The notes under the pieces: generated by a model
Told to the model about the DNA's origin: nothing
The model's input: only the letters and a program-made list of their open reading frames with translations
Database searches by the model: none
Made by a program: the position numbers and the translations under genes
From: Squalus acanthias
Lineage: Eukaryota
Direction: 5' to 3'
Length of the DNA stretch: 64,000 nt
Assembly (NCBI GenBank): GCA_030390025.1
Contig: CM059450.1
Span: 16,678,001-16,742,000, forward strand
Shown: piece by piece, positions 39,996-50,100 of the stretch
How the letters are laid out: each line of letters opens with the position of its first letter
Numbering within the stretch: the stretch's first letter is position 1

Positions 39996-41695
39996 CTGGA
40001 CTGCTGTGGCGTCAGCAGATCGCAGGCAGGAGCCTCGGCATCGGGGGTGGCGGGGGGGTGGGGGGGGGGGAAGGTTGGCCGATCGCGGCAGCACTCCTGC
40101 TCCTCCTGGCTCACAAGGAGTGCTCCAAAAAGCACTCACCTCTGCAGCCGCCTGCTCCCGTCTCCATTTAGTTGCCGGGTTTTTCGAGCTCGGGAAACCC
40201 GGCCAGCAACCGTTAAATTTCAATCCGGCTCCCAACTGCACTATGGGGGCCTGATTTAAATATTGTAATGAAAGGTTCTGCCTCTCCAAGACAGGACACA
40301 TACGCACGCCCTGCAACCTGCTGCCATAAAGCTGGTGGCAGGCGCATACACGGCGGGTTGGGGTCGCGTTTAATTTTTAACCCCTCGACCCTCTCCCGTC
40401 CATTGTGGAGGATTAATATCGACCCCAATCTCTCACCAGAACAGCACCTCTGCCAATTCACTAAAGTATCAAACTAGATTAACTGCACACGTCTTGGAGT
40501 GAGACTTGAATCTACTAAGTTCTGCCTCAGAGATAAGGATGCCACTAACATAGAGAAACTCACACACTGACACATGACCTCATAATTTTTCAGCTCACTT
40601 TCCCTCCCTGAGCTGCCAAACTATTTTTCTTTTAAGAAGAAATGGGAAGTTCCCCAGGTTACCCAGTGAGTTCATGCAGAGGGGAGCTAAGGTCATGCAG
40701 ACCAGTAAAGCCTCTGGTTCAATCCCCAGTTTGTGCTGAGTTTGCTGATCTGGGTGGTGGCTTCCAGCCCCAAGGAGGTCCCCCTTCCTTTGGTGCTCCC
40801 CCCCGCAACAAAACCTCCAACGCTTCAGCATCAAAGGGAGCAGTGCTGACCAGGCCATTCAGGAGTGAAATCAGGAAGCACTTCTTCACACAGAGCATAG
40901 TAGAAATCTGGAACTCAAGGAGGTGGGTTTTAAGGAGGGTCTTAAAGGAGTAGAGGGAGACGGAGAAGCGGATGGGTTTCGGGAATTTCAGAGGGTGGGG
41001 CCTAGGCGGCAGAGGGGATGCATAAAAGGCCAGAATCAGTGGAATGGAGAGTTCATGGGTGGGTAGGGGAGGGGCGGGGGCACGGGTTGTAGGAAGTTAC
41101 AGAGATAGGGAGGGACGAGGCCATGAAGAGATTTAAATACAAGAATTTTAAATTTGAGGTATTGGGGGGTGGTCTGGGGACCAATGTAGGTCAGCAAGGA
41201 TGGGGTGATGATGGATGGATCTCAGAGCGGGATAGGTTATGGGCACCAGAATGTTGGATGGGCTGTAGTTTATGGAGGGTGGGAGGCTGGCAAGCCTGAA
41301 CATTGGAATAGTTGAGTCTGGAGGTGATAAAGGCATGGTTGAGGGTTTCAGCGGCAAATTGCCTGAGGTGGGTGGGTGATGTTACAGAGGTGGAAGTAGG
41401 GGGTCTTTGTGATGGAGAGGTTATGGGGTAAGAAGCTGAGTTCAGGGCCGAATAGAACACCAAGATTGTGAACAGTTTGGTTCAGCCCGAGACAGTGGCC
41501 AGGGAGGGAGGTGGAATCAGTGGGAAAGATAGAGAGTTTGTGGCGAGGGCCAAAGACGATGGCTTTGGTCTTCCCACTGTTTAGCTGAAGGAAATTGCGG
41601 TTCATCCAAGAGTGGATGTCAGACAAGCCGTGGAGGGGTCGAGAGAGGTAGAGCTAGATGTCACTCAGATTATAGAAATGACTCGTCTAGCAACA

Positions 41696-43210
41696 GTCAT
41701 AGAGTCATAGAGTTATACAGCACAGAAAGAGGCCCTTCGGCCCATCGTGTCTGCGCCGGCCATCAAGCCCTGTCTATTCTAATCCCATTTTCCAGCACTT
41801 GGTCCGTAGCCTTGTATGCTATGGCGTTTCAAGTGCTCATCTAAATGCTACTTGAATGTTGTGAGGGTTCCTGCCTCTACCACCCTTTCAGGCAGTGAGT
41901 TCCAGATTCCAACCACCCTCTGGGTGAAAAAGTTTTTCCTCAAATCCCCTCTAAACCTCCTGCCCCTTACCTTGAAACTATGCCCCCTGGTTATTGACCC
42001 CTCTACTAAGGGGAAAAGTTCCTTTCTATCTACCCTATCTATGCCCCTCATAATTTTGTACACCTCAGTCAGGTCCCCCCTCAGCCTTCTCTGCTCTAAG
42101 GAAAACAACCCCAGTAAACAGCAAAGCAATAGGACTGCTGAATGGGGCAAGAGAAGGCCGCAGGCTTCATGCGCTGCTGGCTTGAACCAAAAGTCATGAT
42201 AAATGTCAGTCAGAACTTGTCTGCTGAACTTCAAGCATTGCATTGAAGTTTTAAAACTCATTTTACTTACATTTGACGATTTGTTAAAATAGTATATTTT
42301 AGCAGGACAACATACGCCTTTCACCTCATACCCGCTCACCACAGTAGCCTCTCTGTGGCTTCATTCTTTCGTCCCCCTTAATCTCTTCCCGGTTCGACTG
42401 CCTTTGCTCTCCACTCTTCTTTCTACCACCTGCTCTCAGTCCATGGGTACCCCCTCTTGTTCCTGCTACCTGCCCTCACTCAAAGGCTTCACAGTTGTGG
42501 TGCCTTTTTTCCATAACTTACCTGGTGGTTGCCCTCAGTTTTTCCCACTTCCCTGATTATTCTGAATTTTTTAAATAGCCCTGGTTTTACTTTTTTTTTT
42601 AAAACCCTTCCCGTTTTTAAAAATACCTCGAGTGTTCTGTGCGTTTTTAAAAAGTACCATTTATGTGGTGTGTTTTTCTTCCTCTGCTTCTCTTTGTAAA
42701 ACCCCAGTCGCCCACTTTATTTTATGATTTTTCTTTTCCTCATTCTCTGCGGGTCTGTAAATTCCATGAAGCATCCGCTCCAGAACAAAATGCCTTCTGT
42801 TTGTAAGACACAGAGTTCCATCTGATTCTTCCATTCTGGTTGTCGGAGGAGGCTCGTGCGGAGCATAAACTTTCAGAATAAGGGGGCACCCTTTTAAATC
42901 GGAAATGAGGAGGAATTTCTTCTCTCAGAGGGTCGTGAATCTTTGGAATTCTCTTCCCCAGAGAGCTGTGGAGGCTGGGTCATTGCATATATTTAAGGTG
43001 GAGACAGACAGATTTTTGAACGATAAGGGAGTCAAGGGTTATTGGGAGCTGGAGTTGAGGCCAAGACCAGATCAGCCATGATCTTATTGAATGGCAGAGC
43101 AGGCTCAAAGGGCCAAATGACCTACTCCTGCTCCTGCGTCTTATGTTCTTATGTCAACGTCAGCATAGACTCGTTGGGCCAAATGGCCTGTTTCTGTGCT
43201 GTACATTCGA
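41696..43210. mobile_element. CR1 3' fragments (41696-42113 -, 42870-43210 +)
   Basis: [15 protein letters not shown]...FFTQRVVGIWNSLP. Confidence 0.8.
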
Positions 43211-43857
43211 TGTAAATCTTTACTTGTAATGTTCTTTTTCCTCCTTGAAAATAGGGATAACCTTTTATGTTTTTGAAAGGTTTGTTCCCCGCTGTCTTTT
43301 TTCCCTTTACTTTTCAAATTCTTCTTCCCCACTTGCCCTCTAATATTAATGTCTCTTTTGTCTCCACCCACGCACGAACCCAAAAATCTGTTTCCCAATC
43401 TCCACACTCCAGCTCCTCAACTACCGACTACCCCGTTATCCATTCCATCCCTCTCTTCCCTTACACCCCACATCCCAAGTCCGAACTATATGCTCAAAAA
43501 TCCTCAATTATTTTCTTGCCAAAAACTCACTGCCTTCACAACTCACTATGACCAGATCACTTAATTCCTCCTGCACCCCTCTCAAAACATGAGTGTCAGC
43601 TGTGGCTCAGTGGGTAGCACTCTCGTCTGAGTCAGATGGTTGTGGCTTGAGTCCCACCCCAGAGACTTGAGCACAAAAAATCTAACGCAGGACTGAGGGA
43701 ATGCTGCACTGCCTGGCTGCCTCTCTTGTGCAGTACCCAGTGGTACATTGGGGGCATTCCGCGACCAGTGGGCACTGGAGAGAGAGCGTGCGGGACATTT
43801 GGGGCATTCCGCAACCGGTGGAATAGAGTGACAGATATAAGCAATAACATTCTGATT

Positions 43858-44053
43858 TTAAAAACAGAAAATGCTAGAAATGCTCAGCAGGTCAGGCAGC
43901 ACCTGTGGAGAGAGAGAAATAAGAGTTAACATTTCGTCAGAAAGATTGTCGACCTGAAACATTAACTCTGTTTCTCTCTCCACAGATGCTGAGCATTTCC
44001 AGAGTTTTCTGTTTTTATTTCCGATTTCCAGCATCCGCAGTATTTTACTTTTG
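43858..44053. mobile_element. fold-back (inverted) Penelope terminus insertion
   Basis: Two opposed copies of the PLE 3' end flanked by a 13-bp direct repeat TAACATTCTGATT (43845-43857 and 44054-44066). Confidence 0.8.
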
Positions 44054-44489
44054 TAACATTCTGATTCTGTTTTATAAGTTTCTCTTTGGCTTTGTTGACA
44101 GTAGACTTTCCATTTACATCATTTTATTAGTTGCATCTCCTTAAGACAAAGAGACATTTGCAAATGTGCTTCTCCGTTGATTCCCACATTACAACAGTGA
44201 TTCTACTTCAAAAGTCCTTCATTGGCTGTAAAGCGCTTTGAGACACCCGGTGGTCGTGAAAGGCGCTATATAAATGCAAGACTTTCTTTTTTACACTGGG
44301 CCAAGAAGCGTCATCTGTACAAAGTGATTATCTGCACGAACATTCTTGTGTCCTTCTGTGCATGCGTGTTGTCACCCAGGCCGCGCACGCTAGTGCCCCA
44401 CAGTGGCGGCTGTAGTGCAGCGCGGGCTGGGCTTTCCTCAGCTCCGTGGGACAAGGCCCGTCACCGGAGCCCTGCTGCCCGGAGGGAGC

Positions 44490-45262
44490 AGAGAGGGGGA
44501 GAGAGAGAGAATCTGGAGCGAGAGAGAGAATTGGAGGGAGAGGGAGGGAATTGGAGGGAGAGGGAGGGAATTGGAGGGAGAGAGAGGGAATTGGAGGGAG
44601 AGAGAGGGAATTGGAGGGAGAGGGAGGGAATTGGAGGGAGAGGGAGGGAATTGGAGGGAGAGAGGGAACGGAGGGAGAGAGGGAACGGAGGGAGAGGGAG
44701 GGAATTGGAGGGAGAGGGAGAGGGAATCAGAGAGAGAGAGAGAGGGAATCAGAGGGAGGGAGGGAGAGGGAGGGAATTGGAGGGAGAGGGAGGGAATTGG
44801 AGGGAGAGGGAGGGAATTGGAGGGAGAGAGAGGGAATTGGAGGGAGAGAGGGAATTGGAGGGAGAGAGAGGGAATTGGAGAGAGAGAGAGAGGGAATCAG
44901 AGGGAGAGAGGGAATCGGAGGGAGAGAGGGAACGGAGGGAGAGAGACGGAATTGGAGGGAGGGAGGGGGAATCGGAGGGAAAGGGGAGAAGGGATTGGGT
45001 GGAGAGAGGGAATTGGGGGAAACAAAGGGGGAATCAGAGAGAGAGGGGGGAATTGGAGGGAGAGGGGGTGAGAGAATCGGAGGGAAAGAGGGGAGAGGGA
45101 ATCGGAGGGAAAGGGGGAGAGGGGGAATCGGAGAGGGAGAAAGAGAGGGAATTGGAGGGAGAGAGTATCGGAGGGAGGAGGGCGAGAGAGGGAATCAGAG
45201 AGAGAGGGAGGAGAGAGGGAATCGGAGGGAGAGAGGGAACCAGAGGGGGGAGAGAGAGGAGG
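44490..45262 (+). repeat. polypurine minisatellite, ~20-bp unit GAGGGAATTGGAGGGAGAGG
   Basis: Directly visible tandem array that degenerates toward its 3' end. Confidence 0.95.
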
Positions 45263-45629
45263 TCAGGAACTCAGGGTGGGGGGGTAAAGTGTACGGAGAG
45301 CACAGTGGGGATGGGGGAAGAACGTGATCCAGGTCTAAAGGGGGCGGGGAGTGAGAGCGAGAATGTGACCCAAATGGTGAGACGGATCACGTTCTTCCAA
45401 CCCCACCCCCTTTACACCCGCACCACGGTCTCCCTCTCCTCCCCCTAGACCTGGTTGATTTCTCGGAAAGCTCGGTGCGTGTGTGGCAAGTGACATCATT
45501 GGACGGGATGAAATCCGGAAGTCACGACACTGTCACTATTCACTTCATACCCAATAAACCTCTTAACAATCCGTGACCCACACACAATGTCCCATCTATG
45601 GAGGGCTGGGAGGTCATGAATCCGTAGGG

Positions 45630-45925
45630 GAGGAACTTGGGCAGGGGGAGAAGGTCAGGAACTTGGGCAGGGGAGGTCAGGAACTCGGGTGCGGGAGAGA
45701 AGGTCAGGAACTCGGGTGGGGGTGGGGCAAGGTTAGGAACTTGGGCCAGGTTGCGGGGGGGAGGGGGGGGGAAGATCAGGAACTTGGGTGGGGGGAGGTC
45801 AGGAACTTGGGCGGGCGGGGGAAGAACTCAGGCGGGGGAGAGGAGGCCAGGAACTTGGGCGGTGGGAGGTCAGGAACTCGGGCCGGGAGGAGGTCAGGAA
45901 CTTGGGCGGAGGGGGCAGGAACTTG
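45630..45925 (+). repeat. G-rich tandem repeat with core AGGTCAGGAACTYGGG (~11 copies)
   Basis: Directly visible; one more copy near 45260. Confidence 0.9.
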
Positions 45926-46037
45926 TTTGGGGGTGGGAGAAGGCCTTAACCTGCAAGGATGAGCCCTGTCTGTTCCAAGTGAGCTCTGTTCTGGCTGGAG
46001 TAGGCAGTCAGAATGGCTCGAATTACACTTTGCAAAG

Positions 46038-46290
46038 TGGCCTGGCCAAAATAGCCATTAACTGGTCCAGGCAGCGGGCAGTCGAGGGGGTCGTTCGGCC
46101 CGATTGCCTGCCTCTCTTCCGCGGCTGTGTTCGCGCCTGGGTGGCCCTGGAGATGGAGCACGTGGTGTCCGCCGGCACGCTTGAGGCCTTCTGCGACCGG
46201 TGGGCACCACGGGGACTGGAGTGCATCATCACCCCGGCCAACACAATTTTAATTTAATTTGTTAAAGTTCTTTTAAAGTTTTATTAATTT
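46038..46290 (+). mobile_element. Tx1-clade LINE 3' end
   Basis: GLAKIAINWSRQRAVEG...CLPLFRG.VRA.VALE.EH...LEAF.DRW then an AT-rich tail; smaller remnant at 43730-43820. Confidence 0.75.
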
Positions 46291-47134
46291 ACAGACAATT
46301 TGTTTACTCACCCCCACTTAAAAGAGTACACTTTGCAAAATAACTGATTAGGTAGGCAGGGCAGATATAATTACACATTCCAGAGAAACTGCTGGGTGTC
46401 TGTGTGGTCTTCCAAGGGGACCAATCAGCAATCAGGACTTGTCATCCAAGGCGACCAATCAGAGCTTTTGGTGTTGCGAATAAACACAGTCTCATCTTTA
46501 TGAGTTAATAAATAAGGCATCTGAAAAAGACTAGTTAAGGTTTGGGGTGAGAACTTTAAGTGGTTGTGACACTGAAACTATCCTAAACATTAAACTCTCT
46601 CCCTCCCCCTTCCAACATATTATCGGGGTTCAGTTGCTGGGGATTTTCTATATTTTTTTTAAATTTCACTTTTCTGCGATAAGCAGTCGTCCCTCCCCCC
46701 GCGTAGATTTCTTGAGGAGTGGCCAGTGCCGTGGATATTTCGCTTGCAGACCGCGAGGAAACAAATACATTTGGGATTTTTTTTCTGAAACGCGAAATAT
46801 CGCCCTCCCACTCACATGAATAATGGAAATGAAAAGATCTGAATCAAAATTTCGCGTTGGAAAGTTTGCGGACGTCTCCTTGAACCTGCTGCCGGGTTTT
46901 ATCTCGGTCGAAGAAAAAAAGTTGTGAAACGTTTTTTGAGGACTTTCGATTGGCAGTTTCAGTGTGACTTTCCTCACTCCGGCTCTTCCCGGGAGTGAAA
47001 CTGACATTCGCTCTCCAGGCACAAGGATAGCAACATTACAAAGAATCGATCCTTTCATCCGGAATCCTTGCTCTTTTTCTAAGTGTCTTTTTTTTTTGGC
47101 TCCGTAAACCGCGGTGAACTTTGTTGCATTACAG

Positions 47135-47163
47135 ATGGATCCAGGTTGCAGGCGAGCCTTCAG
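47135..47163 (+). CDS. B7-like leader exon 1 (MDPGCRRAF)
   Basis: ATG...TTC AG|GTAAG, phase 2. An acceptor-like ttgcattacag directly precedes the ATG, so an upstream non-coding exon is possible. Confidence 0.6.
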
Positions 47164-50100
47164 GTAAGATATTCAAATCAGAGCCTCATCAGAGATTTGT
47201 TACTGAGCGTGCTGGCCACTCCGCTCCCCGCGAACTTCATGGTAAAACTGAGAGTAAAGAGAGTGAAAACAAACATTTTGAAGTTACAGTATGCTCCGTT
47301 ATTACTTTCATAATTTCGCCCCTCCCCCTCACTGCGTCGGGAACACTGGTTTTACCTTACAGTGCTTCACAGTGCCTATTCTTCATCTTGATCAATCTAG
47401 ACCGTGAGTGCTAGCAGGCCCTTCCACCGAGGGGGCATCACACCTGGGCACGATGCTGCTCCCACCGAATGTCCACACAGGAATCTCTTGATTATTCCCT
47501 TCCTTCGTCCAATGATTCTGAAGCCAATTGAATTGTCCACATAACTGGGCATATATCAAGGTATGTGTACTGTTCTAAATGGCTCAGTTTCACAACATCC
47601 AGTCCATTTACCAGTTGGTCTTCAGAGGGCTCGTCCTGTTCATATTTTTTTGTGAACGGCTTTTAAGTTTTGTTAATAGACTTTGTGAAGTTAGTTAGTT
47701 CGACGGCACCTCCCAAACCCGTGACCACGACTACCTAGGTGGACAAGGGCAGCAGGCGCAGGGGAACACCACCACCTCCAAGTTCCCCTCCGAGTCGTAC
47801 ACCATCCTGACTTGGAAATACATCGCCGTTCCTTCATCGTCGCGGGGTCAAAATCTGGAACTCCCTCCCTAACAGCACTGTGGGAGTACCTTCACCACAT
47901 GGACTGCAGCGGTTCAAGAAGGTGGCTCACCACCAACGTTCCCGATAAGCTATCTGGCCGCGTAGCTCTCTACTGGGTCCTGCACAGGCCGCTTACTGCC
48001 TTTTGAGCGGGAGATTTTGCACATGCGCAAAATTTTGAATGGGCTGTGCAGCCCCTGAAAAGGACCACGCATCCCCAAAAAACTAGGGGGAACATTGCTC
48101 ACCACCACCTTCGCAAGGGCAGTTAGGGATGGGCATTGCCAATGACGCCCACATCCCGTGAATGAATAAAAAAGAAAACATGATCCCATTTTAATTTCCA
48201 ATCGTTAGGGATTGAGTCATTTGCCCAGAGCTACCAGGCACTGATTGGGAAGCATAGTCTGGGTGCAGAGGGTGTGAGGATGGGGCTGTATTGTGCTCAA
48301 TTAATTTCACCTACTTGTGAACCTGTGGTCCCTTTAGTTCTGTATCACTCTTTATTGAGGGTGCTCCGATCTTTTATCGAAATGTCCCATGATGTTTTAA
48401 ATATTCAAATTTGTTCACCACAGCTCCTCGTAGCCAAAGTGAACCGAAAAGTCAGTGTATTATGGTTGTGATACTGTTTTGTTAAATAATAAATCAGCGC
48501 GTTTGATTAGTTATACATTACTCATTGAAAATCCTGGTAATACACAACAGGTATATCAGCATCTCTAAAGAGAAAGGACAAGTTAAGGTTTCAGGTGGAG
48601 CCCCTTCGAAAGAGCCAGAGACTCTGAGCGAGCTTATTTTTTTACGCAGCGAGTTGTGATGATCTGGAACGCGCTGCCTGAAAGGGCGGTGGAAGCAGAT
48701 TCAACAGTAACTTTCAAAAGGGAATTGGATAAATACTTGAAGGGGAGAAAATTGCAGGGCTACGGGGAAAGAGCAGGGGAGCGGGACTAATTGACGAGCT
48801 CTCTCAAAGAGCCGGCATAGAGATGATGGATCCAACGGCCTCTTTCTGTGCTGTGTGATTCTGTGATCAGAACTGGAAGTAAAGCAAGCTCTTTTAATGA
48901 AACTGAACAAGACAAAATAGGGTGAGGGTTGGGGGTGGAACTGAGATAATGGTTAAAGACTCAAGCAAGTTTTCTAGGAAAGATAGGAAGAGGTGAACAG
49001 TGGTGGGTGCTCTACACAGATCACCGCAGTAAGTCACGGAACGACATTAAAATTATAAAAGGCGATGACAATAGTTAATGAGGAAAACGGCAATAAAAGC
49101 GAACCATGCTGGGAGCGTACAGCAGACCAACGCGACAACCGAAAGACAAAGGCAGGCCATTGCCGGATGAGACCCCCTCACCCACCAGTGCTGTGCTGTG
49201 ATGAAGTCCCCTCCCCCAGATGCTGATAGAATTGCTGTGCATCCCCCACAGCCCCTGCCACTATGAAGGTGGGAGACATAGATGAGTTCTGAACACAACC
49301 CTTCTGGGGAAGGGTCTGCACCCAGGGTGGTCGGTCTGTCTTCCCTCTTTTCAGGTAAAGGAACAGTTACTGTGTGTTATAACAACAGAAAACGCTGGAA
49401 AAACTCAGCAGGCCAGGCAACATCCGTGGAGAGAGAAAGAGAGTTAACGTTTCAGGTCGAAACCCTTCGTCGGAACTGAGAGAGCAAGAAATAAACAGAT
49501 AAAAATGCAAGGGGGAGGCTGGGGGGAGGAATAAAAGAACAAAAGGGATGGTCTTTAGTGAGTAGAGACATTGAGAGATGCTCAAGGCAAGACGAGATGG
49601 TAATGGGACAGGTTGAGAAACAAAAGGTAAGGTGTGAAATGCTGGCAGAATCAGAGACAGCTGCCGTGGGGGGAGAGAGAGGAAAAAAAGGAAAAAGGCA
49701 CGGACCACAAGAGTGGATAAAATGTATACATATGTGGTAGGGGCCGGGGTTATGATCTGAAATTGTTGAACTCGATATTGAGTCCGGAAGGCTGTAAAGT
49801 GCCTAAACGGAAGATGAGGTGCTGTTCCTGGAGCTTACGCTGCGCTTCCGTGGAACAATGCAAGAGGCTGAGGACGGTGAGGTCTGAGTGAGCGTGGAGG
49901 GGTGAATTAAAATGACAAGCGACCGGAAGCTCGGGGTCACCCTTCCGGACTGAACGGAGGTGTTCCGCAAAGCGGTCACCCAATCTGCGTTTGGTCTCCC
50001 CAATGTAGAGGAGACCACATGTTCCTAGTGTTGTTTGTTTTCATTTCAGGGTTCCAGCATCTGAAGTTTCCTCATTAGCTTTTTTTTTGAGCCTTTTGGT

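Larger units (their letters stand above)
37195..40426. mobile_element. PIF/Harbinger (PHIS) DNA transposon, internally deleted and decayed
   Basis: Imperfect TIRs (GG..cGATAwTAA) with TAT/AAT flanks. The + strand carries a Myb/SANT ORF and the - strand a HARBI1-like transposase remnant, in the typical convergent arrangement. Confidence 0.85.
45455..47134 (+). promoter_or_regulatory. putative promoter/enhancer region of the B7-like gene
   Basis: GAS TTCTCGGAA 45460-45468; TGACATCA 45491; ETS CCGGAAGT 45515; paired GACCAATCAG near 46420 and 46455; EICE-like GGAAATGAAA 46825-46834; GAGTGAAACTGA near 46993; CpG enrichment at 46670-47340. Confidence 0.5.

Noticed and set aside
42340-43590. Pyrimidine-rich, G-poor stretches flanking a CR1 piece
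   Set aside because: No ORF, repeat unit or recognisable family; probably decayed repeat or low-quality sequence
44222-45448. 408-aa, 293-aa and 222-aa ORFs rich in E/R/G
   Set aside because: Stop-free translations of a polypurine minisatellite in all three frames; no domain content
45630-45925. CRISPR-like repeat-spacer pattern
   Set aside because: Eukaryotic context, spacers are short G-runs, and there are no cas genes; a degenerate minisatellite
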